Below are positions 41,020 through 54,850 of a stretch of 64,000 nucleotides of DNA, piece after piece. A program made the position numbers and the translations under genes. The stretch is taken from contig NC_091473.1 in NCBI RefSeq assembly GCF_036971445.1, positions 206,274,001 to 206,338,000 on the forward strand, read 5' to 3'. Numbering within the stretch: position 1 is the first letter of the stretch; every line of letters begins with the position of its first letter. The stretch comes from Narcine bancroftii (lineage: Eukaryota). The notes beneath the pieces were generated by a model. The model was not told the DNA's origin, made no database searches, and saw only the letters and a program-made list of their open reading frames with translations.

Positions 41020-42690
41020 ACGATAGTGGAACTATTGAACAGACAAATAACTGGCCAAAAGCTCCTTATCAGAAGCACTGTATATCTTTTCTTCTTCACG
41101 AAGATGGCGGCTAAAGAATGGTAACGATTTCCGTTGCCAGTTTACATATTGATGAAGTGTGCATCCTATGGCCAAACTGGAAGCATCTTTAGAAAGACAG
41201 TGGCTACATTTAAAACTGGGCAACTGAGCATAGTGAATCGAATCAGCAAATAGTTTGTCTTCAAAAGTCATTTTTTCCCTGTTCGGTCCAATGCATGATC
41301 CTGGTGTATCCGGACAGGAAATTGCAAATGGTGTCATGATATGAGATGCTCCTGGAAGAAATAATCAGTAAAAATTTAACATTCCCAAGATTTTTTGCAT
41401 GGATTTAACAGTAGCTAGTCTTGAGTATTTGGTAATGGTATCAACTTTGGATGGCAGCTTGCTCACGCCCTCGTGAGTAATCCTATGCTCCAATAAAAAA
41501 TCGTTTCGTGTCTAAAACGCATATATCTGGATTGATGGTCAGTCCAAATTCTTGAAAAGCATAAAAAGTGTACCAAGATTTTCAAAATGTTGTTCCTTAG
41601 TCGCCCTGGTCACAGATATATTGTCGAGGGAAATGAAGACATTGGTCATAGCACGTTCTGAGGCATGCATCAGCCGTTGAAATGATTGATCAGCATTCTC
41701 GAATCTGTATGGTATTTGTCACAATACAAACAACGCAAATCGGGCAATTATTGTTGTTTTTGGAATGTCTTCTGGCTCAACCGGTACTTAGTGATAGCCA
41801 CACACCAAGTCTATTTTCGAGAATAACTTTCCTCCATGCAAATTAACCGAGAAATCCTGAATATGAGGCAGTAGATATCGATCGAGAATGGTGGGGTCCC
41901 TAAATTGCCTGCAGTCTCTACGTGGCCGATAAATTCCATTGTGCTTCCGTGCCAAATGTAGTGGAGATGCACAGGGACTGTCGGACCTACGAATTATACT
42001 TAGTTTCTCCATCTTGGAAAACTTCCTTAGCTAAATGTAGCTTCACTGGAGGCCGGTCATGCACTTTAACATCGACAGGGGGCCCTTAGTGCAAATGCAG
42101 TGAGTAACAGCGTTCTTTGCAGTGGAGGTAGAAAATTGTTGAGTAGTAATCTCAGGGAAAATTTCCAACTTGAAATTTGATGGTGCAGAAAAAGGGTAGA
42201 GGCGTGTGCCAGCTGAATTACTCTGAAAATTAGTTCCATCTATTAGCCAACGCCCTTTTATGTTGACAACGAATGAATGAACCAGAAGAAAAGCTGCACC
42301 AAGCTAAGGTCGGGATCCCGGTGCTATAATAAATGGTTACGTGTAGAGATTATCTTCAGTCTGACATTGATCCTTCTCCAGCCAAATGTGGGAATTTTAG
42401 TTTCTGCTGCATGTTAGTTTTGCTCCTATGGCAAAACCAATGGGTGGAAATGTACTAACTTCTCAACCTGTGTCCACCAGAAACTTTCGGTGGGACAACT
42501 GGTCCCATGCATAGAATAGGCTTGCATTTTCACATCAAACGCAACAACATTACTGGTGGTTGGCCTCGGTGTTTCCCACAAACTCGCATGGAATAATACG
42601 AAGACCAGGTGTCCAAAGACTGCTTTGCTTTGTTTGTGGCCTTGACTGATGGTAGGGAAGGATGTGCTAAGAGCACTAGAGTGTGACACG
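41020..42690 (-). mobile_element. Degraded Gypsy/Ty3 LTR-retrotransposon gag-pol fragment
   Basis: RT segment MEKLSIIRRSDSPCASPLHL…DRYLLPHIQDF…FSKIDLVCGYH and RNase H segment DASSLAIG…LPFFSRHL…YSASDKELLA. Confidence 0.9.
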
Positions 42691-42999
42691 GGGCCAATAT
42701 CGAAATTTTAAACGAATCACGAACATACCCTTCCTTAATATTATAGATCTCTATAAATATTTATGCTTAAAAATTCCAGTTGTGGTTTTATTGACACTAT
42801 TCTTTTACCCTTATTTTACATTTAGTTTGTAGGGGTTTGGGGAGGGGTGGGAGGATTCATATGAAGTTTTTTTTTTCTCTTCAGCATTGCTTTAATCGCC
42901 TTTGTACTGTTAGAATTTGCCACCCGTATTTGGATTTAGTTTGAAATATTGTGATATTTTTGCAAAGTTGTTTTATTTTAAATTAAGGATATAAAACAA

Positions 43000-44200
43000 C
43001 GAGGAGTGTTTGAATGGCTGGTGATGAAGCATATCAGCGGTGACATTGATTCATTTCCGTTCGCCTATTTCAGCAACATGTATATGGCAGAAGGCATATC
43101 ACTGCCCCCACATGAAGCCATGGAACACCTGAACAGCAAAGTTGCATATACTAGGGTGCCTTTTATCGATCGAATGTTGGCATTCAAGAACACCATGTCC
43201 TAAAAACAGATCGGCAAACTCCAAGACTTGGTAGCTAACACCACATTGCCTAATTGGAACATGGATTTCTTTACCTCCATACAACAATCAGTGAAGATTG
43301 GTAAGAACGTCACCTCCACAATCTCCAATGGTACCAGAGCACCACAGGGATGTGTTGTCATTCCCCTGCTCTATTCACAAAGCTCCTATGAATGAGTAGT
43401 TGGGTATGACACTAACACAGTCTACAAATATGCCGACGATAGTGGATTTATAAAGAAATGGAATGAGTCAGCATACAGGATGGATATTGAAAACTTGGCT
43501 GAATATGAAACTTGCACAGTGTAACCAAACATAGGAACTGATTGTTTATGTCAGGAATGGAGAAAAAACAGTGGTGTACAGTCTAGCGATCATTGCGAGA
43601 TTCAGACGTGGAATGGGTGAGCACATTTACTTTCCTGGGATTTAATATCTCGAAGGATCTTTCTTGGACCTAACACACCATTGGCATCTTGAAGAAATCA
43701 CGACAGTACTTCTAATTCCTCGGAAGTTTTTGGAGGCTTGGTATGACATCAGAAACACTGGTAAACCTCTAAAGATGTGTGGTGGAAAGTTTGATGAATG
43801 GCTGTATTATTTTCTGGTATGGGATCACCAACACCCCTGAGTGTAAAGCTTTCCAAAAGGTAGTGGCGACAGGCCAGGACATTACAGGCACAATGCCCCG
43901 CACTATTAAATCCATATGGAAGGAACTCTGTGCTCAGAATGCAGCAGCAATCATCAAAGACAATCGGCACGCAGCTCATGGTCTGCACTCGCTACTGCCA
44001 TCAGGAAAATGATATAGGTACCACTAACCCACACCACAAGGTTCACGAACGGCTGATACCCATCTACCGTCATAATCCTCAAAACCAAACTCAATTAGGG
44101 ACGAACCTAAGGACTCTTTCTTGGGTACTTTATTGATTTTCTTTGCTCTCCCTGTATTGCACATAAGTTTGTTTGCATTAGTTATCAGTTTACACATATT
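43000..44200 (+). mobile_element. Rex1/Babar-like LINE RT 3' fragment
   Basis: Motifs FEWLVMKHI…FAY…AFKN, GTRAPQGCV, KYADD and VESLMNGCIIFWYG. Confidence 0.75.
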
Positions 44201-46061
44201 TTGATTGTTTATATATTGACATCTTCGACCCCGGAGATGTGTCCGGTGACGGCTACGTGGGGTTTCAGATTCTTCGAGAGGAGTGGGTTGGTAAGGCGAA
44301 GAACATACCCATTGAGGTGGATCCTTGATCATCCGCTATTGCTTTAGAAGTTTGTTTGTTCCACTTCATGTGGTAAAAGGATCGATGGATTTACCGAATG
44401 TACCGATCTACTTAGATTCGCCATCAGTAGCAGCGGTCGCTCGTCTTAATGTTGACTCTATGGCCGCTCACATCAACGATCTTGCTATGTTCTTTCGCTT
44501 CAAAAGAGAATTCTATCAGATGTTTGCAGATATATTGACCATCCAATCTGCTGTTTGTCAGTTATTGGTGCAGAAGAGTAGTAGGGTGATTGATTGGCGT
44601 GTGCGTTGCTGCCTTTGGTTTACCAGATGTTATTTATACTCACTCATGAAGTACTATGTGGTGCAGATTTAAGATTATTCCACCTTTCATATTGCTATCT
44701 GCAAGCAGGAACAGTAGAATTGAAGTTATTATAAATATTAACATTGAAGATGAACATCTCTGCCATAGTGCTTTTGTGGAATGGGGCCGCCAGGACTGAA
44801 TGGACTTTGAAGTAACCAGAAAAGAAGCCTTTAGATGGAGTACAGTCGGTAGCAGCAATGGCGGGCGAAATGAGATAAATGTTTTTGGGAGTGCATACCT
44901 TCTCTGGCAGGCAGTAAGGTCAAAGATACAAGATATGAAGGTACTGATTACGTTATTATGGTTATGGAGGGGGGTTAAAGGCCTTGATCAGGCTGAAAAG
45001 CATTAAGATGCTGACAATATTTTTTTGCGTTGGATGTTCTGCGATGGGAATGTATCAAAAGCCTAGTAGGTGGGTACGAAATGCATAATTATAGCCATCA
45101 ATACAGTGGCATCATATAACGTTGAAGGCATGAGTTTAAGTTAGATGCTGCCGTGCATGAAGAATATGAAATGCTGTTCGTGGACGTAGGGCTACTTGAA
45201 ATTTGATTTTTAAACGATTAACTAGGAAGAGTATCATAAAATTGCCTTCCTGCAAAAATGATTTCAATGCATGAAATCAAAACGTGTTTCATTACATAGT
45301 GTCTGGTCTCCGCAATATTGATCAGTGAAGTAAACAACGAAAGTTAAGGAGAAATTTAAATATTTTATCGCCGAAGGGCAGTCATGTCAAGTATACCTGC
45401 GAGCAGAATGTTTCGTGGCATACTCAGACCAATTGGCAACCTCTGTGTTGTGTATTTCATATCTTCACATGCGAATTCAATCGAAACCCAAGTTTCATCT
45501 CAAACCGATTACATACTTCTTAAAGCCGAGTCATCAAGTCCAATGGGCTCATGCTGAATAAGGCGATGATCACTCATTTGGTTATCCATTTCATTGAGAG
45601 AACATGGAAAAGTTATCGGGATACGACGTGTCTGTACAAAATGAAATAATAAAAAGGGAGTTTCAACGAGGAACAAATAAACTACAGCCCCTGTTATTTT
45701 TTATAGTGCACAAAGAGAAATCGTAGTAACCCAGGGAGTCAGGCAGCATGCATGGACAGAAATAGTCACCAAACATATCAGATAATAACTCTTTGCACTG
45801 AATCGATTATTGGTTCGGATCAGTCATTTTCACTGCCCATTGTAATTTACTGATGTTGTCTAAACCGCTGAGTTCTTTCAGCTGTGTCCATTTACTCGAT
45901 AGTTCCCAGGACCGGCCAATAGAGTGCGATCGCTTTCTCGGAGATACAAGATAGACGCCAGGAGGCTTTGCATCTGCTCCGCTATTCCACATGTAATAGT
46001 TGATAACGGACTACATTTTAATATTCAAACTCGAATATTACGCCAGAGTCCACTACTTTAT

Positions 46062-46445
46062 TGACGTCATTCTTGACCATTATAGTCAGTAAAAAAACCG
46101 ATGCCAATGGACAGTGGTCCAAGTATTGGCAACTCTTCGGGCTGTCTCCAGATCGAATCGTTGGGTGTATTTCTCATCCACCACATGGTTCCAGGCTTAA
46201 CAACACGATATTAAATCCACTTAATCATTCACACAAGTGAGTATTGGAACGTTTCCCCACTTCACCACATTCTCCTTCATTGCCGGTTTGTAAGAAGTAA
46301 TGTACATCCTGTCTGACTCAACTGGAACACTAGGAAATGGCAAACAAACAAACGTTTAGTTAATTGGTGAAATGGAGGGACAAATGAGGAACAGGTGGGG
46401 GAGGGGGAGGAGAGCTTTCTACTGAACGTATGTCACACTGCCAAT
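46062..46445 (+). promoter_or_regulatory. Candidate promoter motifs upstream of the intact V: palindromic CRE and CCAAT box
   Basis: TGACGTCA at 46062-69 and CCAAT at 46441-45, 110 bp upstream of the ATG. CRE-like elements are established in TCR V promoters; function here is inference. Confidence 0.35.
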
Positions 46446-46550
46446 CACAAGAGAGAACAGATTTCACAACTCGTTTTTTCATGCATTCAATTTTTTAAAA
46501 TTCTGAAGCAGGTCGATTCAGGTCAAATTCACCCAAGACGCAACGGAGCT

Positions 46551-47381
46551 ATGTTATCTCTGTCTACTTATTGGCTTCTTACAGCAGTTGCTCTTTACAC
46601 TGGTAAGTTCATGGCATTTCCAATATCCCCCTTTATTCCACTATTTCAACGGATATTTAATTAGTGAATTTCATTCATAAACCGAAAGACTGCAAATATG
46701 GAGAAATACTCAGAATCGTGTATCCAGTTCTTTGTTGAGCAATGCCCGAGAGGTTAAGAGAATATTCATGTCAATTTAAGCAGACTTTCTGCTCTCCTTC
46801 GGGAATGGTAACACTTGGCAGCCTGGCAATTATCCTCCTGTTCCTAAGACTTAAGGTCAACGTGGAGATGATGAAGGAAATGGCTGGATATTATGGAAAG
46901 GAAGTTTAATTAATTTCCTCCATGCAGCTACCTGCTCTTCAAGCGTCATTTCATTTCTATTTATTCTTTTAAATCTCAGAGGAGTATTGGGGATTGTAGC
47001 AGTTCTGGAAAATGTGCGCAGTTAGATTATATTGGTGGTGTTGGTAGCTTCATGTTCTCCTCGGGATATTTCAGGACATTGTCGAGGCGACGCCGTGTCT
47101 CAGACACCAAGTACGATCACAGTGACTGAAGGAATGGACGCGAATTTGAACTGCAACTATACAGCGACAAGCACAAGCACCCCTGTATTAATATGGTACC
47201 GCATGTATCCAGGAAGATCACTCGACTTTTTGTTGATTAGAAGGCAATTTGACAGTGGGGGAAAACAAATTCCCGGTGAACGTTTCTCAGCGGAGCTCGA
47301 TCATTCTAAGGGAATGGTTCCTCTGAAAGTTACTGCAACGCAGCTGGGAGACGCCGCCATGTATTATTGTGCTCTGAGCCC
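46551..47381 (+). CDS. TRAV: Intact germline T-cell receptor alpha/delta-type V gene segment (family A); leader exon 46551-46602, intron 46603-47074, V exon 47075-47381
   Basis: The leader reads MLSLSTYWLLTAVALYT-G and ends at G|GTAAGT. The acceptor TTTCAG|GA CAT gives an in-frame phase-1 join (…YTGHCRG/DAVSQ). The V domain is DAVSQTPSTITVTEGMDANLNCNYTATSTSTPVLIWYRMYPGRSLDFLLIRRQFDSGGKQIPGERFSAELDHSKGMVPLKVTATQLGDAAMYYCALS. It has both canonical Cys, the WYR motif and DxAxYYC, with no stops, and a 23-RSS follows directly. Alpha versus delta cannot be settled from this window. Confidence 0.93.
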
Positions 47382-47420
47382 CACAGAGGTACGGAACTGG
47401 GCTGAGACTGTACAACAACT
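47382..47420 (+). other. 23-bp-spacer recombination signal sequence (RSS) of the intact V
   Basis: Heptamer CACAGAG (47382-88), 23-nt spacer, nonamer ACAACAACT (47412-20). The consensus is CACAGTG/ACAAAAACC. Confidence 0.92.
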
Positions 47421-49989
47421 AACAGATCATCTCGCCGCGTATCAACGTGTGAAAATAAAGCTTTGAAAAATTATTTGCTGCTCCGTCCATGCGCCATAAG
47501 TCAAATGAGTGACTTGTGGTGATTATCCAATTTTGTGCGACTGATAAAATTAGCTTAATCAAATAAAATATACAATTTACTGTGATGTAATAAAACAACA
47601 ATTGAATGTTAGACTGCCATAAGGTGGAGAAAGGTTTTCCATTAGCATTAGCATTGCTTGAAGTCCCTCCAGAACCAACGAAATTCCTTTCACTCCTGCA
47701 GCATCTGAAGCCGCACAATATTCTAGTTCAGTATGAACGATCAGCAAATGGTGTCCAAATTCAAATATCGATCCCCATGAGAAAGCCTAAACCCACAAGA
47801 ATCATTCTAGAGTCCTCATTATCTTTAGTATCTCCTTAAATCCTAATTCCAAAAACCGCTTCTCTTGTGGCAGCCTCAAGCAACATGCAGCTGGTGTGAG
47901 TCTTTTGGCCTAGAGTCTGTAGCAACCAGCAGCCTGTGTGTTTTTCACGCCTGTCAATCGCTAAAAGATCGCCACATGATTGTGTTGTAGAGGCCATCGC
48001 TGGCCCGTCACGATGGTCATCGTCCTTCTGTCGTCTCCTCTGATGCATTAGCCTCAACGGGTATGTTTTTCCCGTTACTGGTGCCCTGCGCAAGCCCACT
48101 CCACTCGAAGAGTCTCAAACCCCACGTAGCCGTCGCCGGACACATTGGCTCCAGACTCCGGGGTCGCAAATGTCAAAATAATCCCCTGTCGGTTCTTTTG
48201 TCAGGCCACTGTAAGCTTGTACAGAGCCGTGGCACAGAGACTGAGTGCTAGAAAACCACAGATCAGCAGGTGCGGCAGCACGGCCATTACAGCAGTCCCG
48301 ACAGGGTTGCCATTACTTCTGTTCTGCGCCAGATTAGAGGTATGGCTTTTAAAAAATGGACAGAACTCTCTCTTCGCCTCACACCTTTTCTCATCCGAGG
48401 TTATTCTCTAGTTCCGAACACTTGACAGTGGCAAGAAATTCTCTCTTTAAATTAAAGCCATTACTGTATTGGTATAACCCGACTCAACACTTTGAACATC
48501 CATTCGATCCAGTTTCAACTGTTTACACAACTTATGAGCCTATCAAAGGTGCATCTATATATCACTTTAATTTATTTAACATGCCGCTAGTTGATGAACC
48601 ACTCTGTGATGAGCATCAGCAGCGCAATTTACTGCAACTGCAACCTGACTTTGCAGAGCAATAGACCACAAACACAGGTGACGAGTGTTTGGCTGCAAAG
48701 AAGCGCAATGGCGTGAATATGCATGGTCACCACATCCTGATTCATTGCATAGAGGAAACGGATAGCAAATTTATCAGGGCGTAGTTTTAGACATGTTAGA
48801 CATATATATTACAACATATGGGCTATGTCAATAGATGTTGGCAAATCATTATCATTCTCCATGCTATGAGTCTTTGGGTGCTCATTTGATTTGTTAGGAA
48901 AATGCAGTACTCCTTTGATAGAAGTAGAATTATTTCTCTAAATGAACTGAATTCTGAAACCGCTTGGTCTTGTTCAGGCTTTGCCACCTCTTGCTGTCTC
49001 TATATTTAATCATGTAAATACCTACCTATGTTTCAGATAAGATGGCAATAATTGTAAATATGCATATAAAACCGGCCAAACTGGTACCTCGCCCGCCCNN
49101 NNNNNNNNNNNNNNNNNNNNNNNNNNNNNNNNNNNNNNNNNNNNNNNNNNNNNNNNNNNNNNNNNNNNNNNNNNNNNNNNNNNNNNNNNNNNNNNNNNNN
49201 NNNNNNNNNNNNNNNNNNNNNNNNNNNNNNNNNNNNNNNNNNNNNNNNNNNNNNNNNNNNNNNNNNNNNNNNNNNNNNNNNNNNNNNNNNNACACTCAAC
49301 CTCGCTGTTGAGCTCCTGGAATGGATCTCGTATCTCATCAGCGATTGCTCCTTTTTCTGTTTTGACTCGGTTATCCCCATAGCTTGCATTCTTATTTGTA
49401 AAATTACACACTGCTCATATTAAAGAAAATGTGACACTTACGCAGCACTTATGCTTTATTATTGAATTACCTGGTGAAAATTATTTGTGTTGGCTTGTCT
49501 GGAATGGAGGCAAAACAAAACCATTCACCCCATATCAGCTGAAATGCAATGAACAATTAAATGTCGTTTTTTTGCGTTAACTTCGGTTATCAGCCAATTG
49601 CATAAAGATAATGTAAATAAAGCTGGACCTGATATTATGCTTTAACACTATTTTAAGATGTGGCATTCTCATTTGAAATGAGGCTAGCTGAATGTTATAA
49701 GGATCAGTTTCACTGCAATAGATGCTTCAGAATCTTGCATCTATCGAAACGTCTCTTTGGATCGACACATTAAACTGAAGCGAAAGTAGACGTATGGTTC
49801 ATAAGCTGGGAAAATGTATTTACTTTAATTTAGCTTTCTGTTCCACGCCCATATATGTGTGGCTTAAATCCGAACAGCGTGGAGGGTGGAAACATTCCAA
49901 GCCCCCCAGCATTCAGACTCCGGTAAAAATGCCCCACTTACAGCAATCCCACCTGCCTGTTTCGCTGACATCCTTCGAATCGGGATAAC

Positions 49990-50810
49990 CTAGCCGTCTA
50001 CTCGTCTTAAGTTTTGCAAAAATATGTATCTGTAATACCGCCTTCTGCCGCCTGTTCCCCATACCCACCACACATTCCTACCCCCTCATTTCGTATTAAA
50101 TCTATCTTCCATCACTTGTAGTTCCAGAATCCTCTTCTCTGGGTAAAAGACCACATTAATCCGATATACTCCTCTCCCGATCATGTCTACTTCTATAAGA
50201 TCACCCTTAACCGTCCTGAAATCTAATGAAAAATATCATAACCTCCACAACCTCTGCATACAGATCAGACCTCGGAGTCCTGACAACATCCTGATAAATA
50301 TTGTCTTCATCATCTCCTGATTTACAACTTCTCTTTTTATTGCACAGTAATAAACTCAGAGCACAATAATATAAACAGGGCGGAATAAACGACTCATACA
50401 ACGACTAATTACCTTCAAATATCTGTAGACATTACTATAGCTAATGTAAACCAATCGGCGGAGGGAACCATGACGAAAATATCGATAAGTTTAGAGATAC
50501 TCTGTATCAGCAGGTCCCTGTTGTACAATACATCTCAGCTCATACCAATGACTGCATAGGTCCTGACCATTTTCGACCGCAGAAATACAACACCTCACGT
50601 TTCTGAATTAAATTCCAACAGGATTCAACAGCCCACCCAGCGCAACCTTTCAAGACTCAGCTGAAAACTGAAGCAAACGTCTTCACCATCTAAAATGCCA
50701 GATACTCCAGTGTCATCCGGAAATTCGATTATCCTGCCACATACATTTTCATTTACATCATTGGTTTTAATGGCAAATAGCAATGATCGAAACACCGAAG
50801 TCAATGTACG
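49990..50810 (-). mobile_element. Old CR1 RT fragment (cassette component)
   Basis: ORF 50625-50948 reads SVFRSLLFAIKTNDVNENVCGRIIEFPDDTGV. Confidence 0.72.
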
Positions 50811-51175
50811 AAAGAGAGCGAGTGTGCTGAATGACAATGAGTGGACAGTGACTGAGAAGACGAATAATAGGAACGAATGTCTAGCAATTTCCTCAGTTGT
50901 AAGCGCCAGAAAATCAACAATATTAGAACCGCCCCATTCTCCCTTCAAGCAAAATACCTGCGCCTGACTGGTGTAGCGTCAGAAATATCATAAACAGCGG
51001 GAAACATCTCCCTTATTCCAAGTTTGTTTTGGAAGCAGCAACCACGTACCCTCTGTGTTTCATGATAATTTTGTAATCTGTTGTTTCCCTATGACTCACT
51101 GATTAAATTGATCCTTTGTTGTCCGTGGTTAAGGTTCACCTTGAAGCGTATCATCCGTTCCGTGCTTTGTTGCCG

Positions 51176-51490
51176 GGGATTTTGGTGGCGATTCTACCTC
51201 ACAGAATGTATCTGAGGTATCGGTGGAAGAGGAACAAATTGAAAGGTTGACCTGCAATTACCCAGAAACATTCGTTGCTAATTCTGCCTTCTGGTACATC
51301 CTGAACATGCGCCGAGAAATGTACAAAAATATAATTCATTGGGTTCGAAAGACCATTCTTCGGATTTCTTTCGTTGATCAGAAAACAAGTCGGACGGTTC
51401 CTTTAATTGCCTCCGGCGTCCTTTTCTTTGACTTAGCCGTGCGTTTCACACACATTGCAGTAGAAAAGCAGTAAATCGGTATATATGATC
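51176..51490 (+). pseudogene. TCR V pseudogene, family B, stop-free but lacking YYC; degenerate RSS
   Basis: Reads DFGGDSTSQNVSEVSVEEEQIERLTCNYPETFVANSAFWYI…VDQKTSRTVPLIASGVLFFDLAV (ORF 51223-51474). The acceptor is CAG>CCG. The heptamer is CACATTG at 51451-57, and a decayed leader lies at about 51046-51092. Confidence 0.85.
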
Positions 51491-52339
51491 CCGTAACACA
51501 CAAACAAAAACGAAATAAACCCCTGAAACAATTTAAATGGCCAGGTAATTTCTGTGGATGTGCATTCTTTTGTCGTTTTGGGCCACGAACCGGCATCATC
51601 TCTTAGAATTTAGAGGGGAGAGGTCTATCAGATAGCACTTCTCTTCGAATGTGTTCCACACCCTTTTTCAGCACCGATGTGCTCAATGTATCTGAGTACT
51701 CCATAGCATCGACTGACTCTTCCTCAGTATCTACCTCACCCACCTCCATTCAAGCAATATTTTATGCGGTTGCCAGTCAGGTCATTTGTCTGGAATATCC
51801 ATTGAACTGCATATATCCACAAATGCCTTACCTATGGGATCCAGTCGAATTATGTGGATAATTATTGACGTCCGACATTGCATACATTACACCAGGATAA
51901 ATGCCTCCAATATTTGTTAAGATGTCGATTTGAACTCGTGTTGCCCTGAATTGTGAAGAAATTTAAAATCACAGAAATACTTCCTCGTTTTTCAACCAGG
52001 TAGCATTTGTGTTCTCTGCTGCTTGACCATGGCAGGGGGAGCGTGCGTTTTTACACGTTTGGGCACTGTACAAATTTGAATATCATAACACGGATCAACT
52101 CTTTGTATGAGAACTTCGAAAAAAGGAACTATTATCATTACCTTAACAACAGGCTTTGACAAGAAACGTTGTTTTTTTCCAGCGTCGTTGGAAGGTAAGG
52201 GGATGAGATTCGTTCGAGAAATAGTGGGATATTGAGAGAAACATCAAGAAACATAGAGGGTGAGAGATTGCGAGGGAGGGATAGAGGGATGGATACAGAT
52301 GGACAGAGAGAGATGGAAAAACAGTCCACGCACATAAAT

Positions 52340-53200
52340 AAAAAATGTTATGCATTCGTTGAGCGTGAAAACAGCCCATATCTCCCACCTTCACCATGCC
52401 GATCAAACTGTCCCTCCCACACAAGTCTCATCTTGCAATCGTATGTATCTCAATCACCTCATTCTGCAGCAGTTTCTGCATATACACCAGCTCCACACTC
52501 TCGTCCACCTCAATGACCTGTTAAATATATGTTCACTGACCTTAAGCCTATGGTTACTGATAGCCCTACTCTTAGCAAAAGACTGTGTTCACCCGATAAA
52601 TCACTCTGCTGATTATAAGTATACGACGAGATCACCGTAGCCGTCGCACGGTCCAATGTACGGTCATAGCCTTCACACAATTTCCATCCAGTTCAGGTTT
52701 CCGAATTGTAGCAACATCCCAATGAATATTTTCTTCAACCTTTCCAGTTTTACAACTTCGTTTCTATTGCACGGTGATAATGCTAGAAAAACAATAATCC
52801 AAAGGGGTCCACATCAACGACTCAAACAACTGAAAGATTACTTGCAAACCTTGTACTCCACACTGTGATTGATGCTAGTCTATGTTTCTTGATGTGATTG
52901 AGTTGAGCCCTGTGACGATCATATCTACCTGTTTAGAGATATCAGTACCCGAACATTTCTGTTCTTCAATGATTTTCAGATTCATTCCATTTACTCCGTG
53001 GATCATAACCACATTATAATTCCAAATGCAGAACCTCACATTTCTGAATTAATTTGCAACAGCCATTCAACTGCCCAACGGTTCAACATTCTGCTGCAAT
53101 CGTTGGAAAATATCTTAGCTAACTAAAACACCAGACACTTCTGTGTCATTTGGAAAAGTGAAAATCCTGCCAACTACATTTTTTATTCAAAATGTATGAA
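52340..53200 (-). mobile_element. Old CR1 RT fragment (cassette component)
   Basis: Collinear with 33020-33910 and 56320-57190 (for example CCTCACATTTCTGAATTAA and TTTCTATTGCACGG). Confidence 0.7.
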
Positions 53201-53362
53201 TTAAGTCACTTGTGAAAGATCAGCCAATCACATGCTGGAGGAGCACCATTCGCAGAAATACAAAATTGTCTCATTTATGAATTACCCCAGACATACGTGG
53301 TTAGTGGCTGGAACATAAAACAAATACTCAAGTCTAATCCGTTTGGTCGGGAGGTAAACACC

Positions 53363-53815
53363 GTTATCAGCTTGTTATCCTACTGATAATTAAAAGGCTC
53401 CCTGGTGAGTTTATCCTTAAATGGCTCCTGCCGAACCTTAGTTTGCTTTCACTTCCAGCTATTGAATATTCCATGCTTTGTTGCAGGGGCGTGGGGCGAA
53501 GGTTCAGTGTTCCAGAATCTCTGAGTTGACGCTGTGAGAAGAACAATCTGTAACAATGAATTATAGTTACCATTCAGCATTAAGTGACCACTCCTCTATT
53601 TGGTACTTCCGATCATCCGAAGAATCTCGATGATTCTTATCTCTGAGGCTGCTAAGGATAATTAGCTGATCTAAATAAAAATCAATACCTAGTATTCTAG
53701 TCTATTCTATAGTCAGCGTTTCTACTGCTCATCATTGGAATAATCATCTTATACTTTTATCTTACTCTGTGATCATTGCATCTGATGCAGAAGAGTTTTT
53801 GAATGCCTCGCAATG
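53363..53815 (+). pseudogene. TCR V pseudogene, family C (leader remnant 53363-53404, V exon from 53487)
   Basis: The donor CCTG|GTGAGT and acceptor TTGCAG| are retained. It reads AWGEGSVFQN…ELTL*EEQSVTMNYSYHSALSDHSSIWYFRSSEESR*…SVIIASDAEEFLNA, with both Cys lost and several stops. Confidence 0.75.
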
Positions 53816-54301
53816 CATACCAGGGTGAAGAAGCGGCGAATCGCAAAAAAATCCAACACTGATTGTTCCAACCAGCTCTCAGCAAAGGGGGCACTTGTTC
53901 CGCTGAACAGAAGTGATCAGATGCCGATCAGCTTCCAAGTGAATAGCAAATACGTTCCAAACATTCGTCATTTCCAGGAGTCAAACAGCAATTTTTTTAA
54001 ATTTTTCAAACAAGCGAGACGTCCACCCGAGTGACTATGACCTCGCTTCCATACCTTGTACAAAATGATCAAAACATTTCCTGGATATACAAGATCTTTC
54101 ATCTTTCTGTGTGTCCAATTGCTTTTACTATCAGGGGAAGAGGCTCCTTCATTCTTCTAATCCCATTGTCTTGCTAATAATCGAATCACAATGTAACATT
54201 TATTTTGGGGTAATTCATACTTTGTGCTTGTTTTGAACTGCTACAGAAAAGGGATGCAGAAATTGAAACACGATGACATACGATTTACACACACACACTC
54301 A

Positions 54302-54335
<34 letters not shown>

Positions 54336-54850
54336 GATATTGGCGCACAGTCACATCGAGAGAGAGAGAGATTGATTGATGGAAGATAANNNNNNNNNNN
54401 NNNNNNNNNNNNNNNNNNNNNNNNNNNNNNNNNNNNNNNNNNNNNNNNNNNNNNNNNNNNNNNNNNNNNNNNNNNNNNNNNNNNNNNNNNNNNNNNNNNN
54501 NNNNNNNNNNNNNNNNNNNNNNNNNNNNNNNNNNNNNNNNNNNNNNNNNNNNNNNNNNNNNNNNNNNNNNNNNNNNNNNNNNNNNNNNNNNNNNNNNNNN
54601 NNNNNNNNNNNNNNNNNNNNNNNNNNNNNNNGTAGATTGGCTGGGATCGAGAATGATTGACTTAGCACAGGAAGATTGAGCAACATATGTCGGGAAATTG
54701 AATAAGTTTTAAGGGATCAATACATCATGAATCTCGGAAACATCCCATAATATACTTTCAAGCAAAGGACCAGCACCTAACTAATGATGTATCAGGCATA
54801 GACATGCTGTAATATACACGCTCTCCCCTGCTTGTTGAGTAAGCCTCACC

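Noticed and set aside
44250-45100. Possible RTE-like LINE fragment on the minus strand
   Set aside because: Only a weak LLPTVL-type motif is visible, which is too degenerate to call.
47032-47466. ORF-track protein of 144 aa as the true CDS
   Set aside because: It starts in the intron and reads through the RSS. The real structure is the spliced leader plus V exon.
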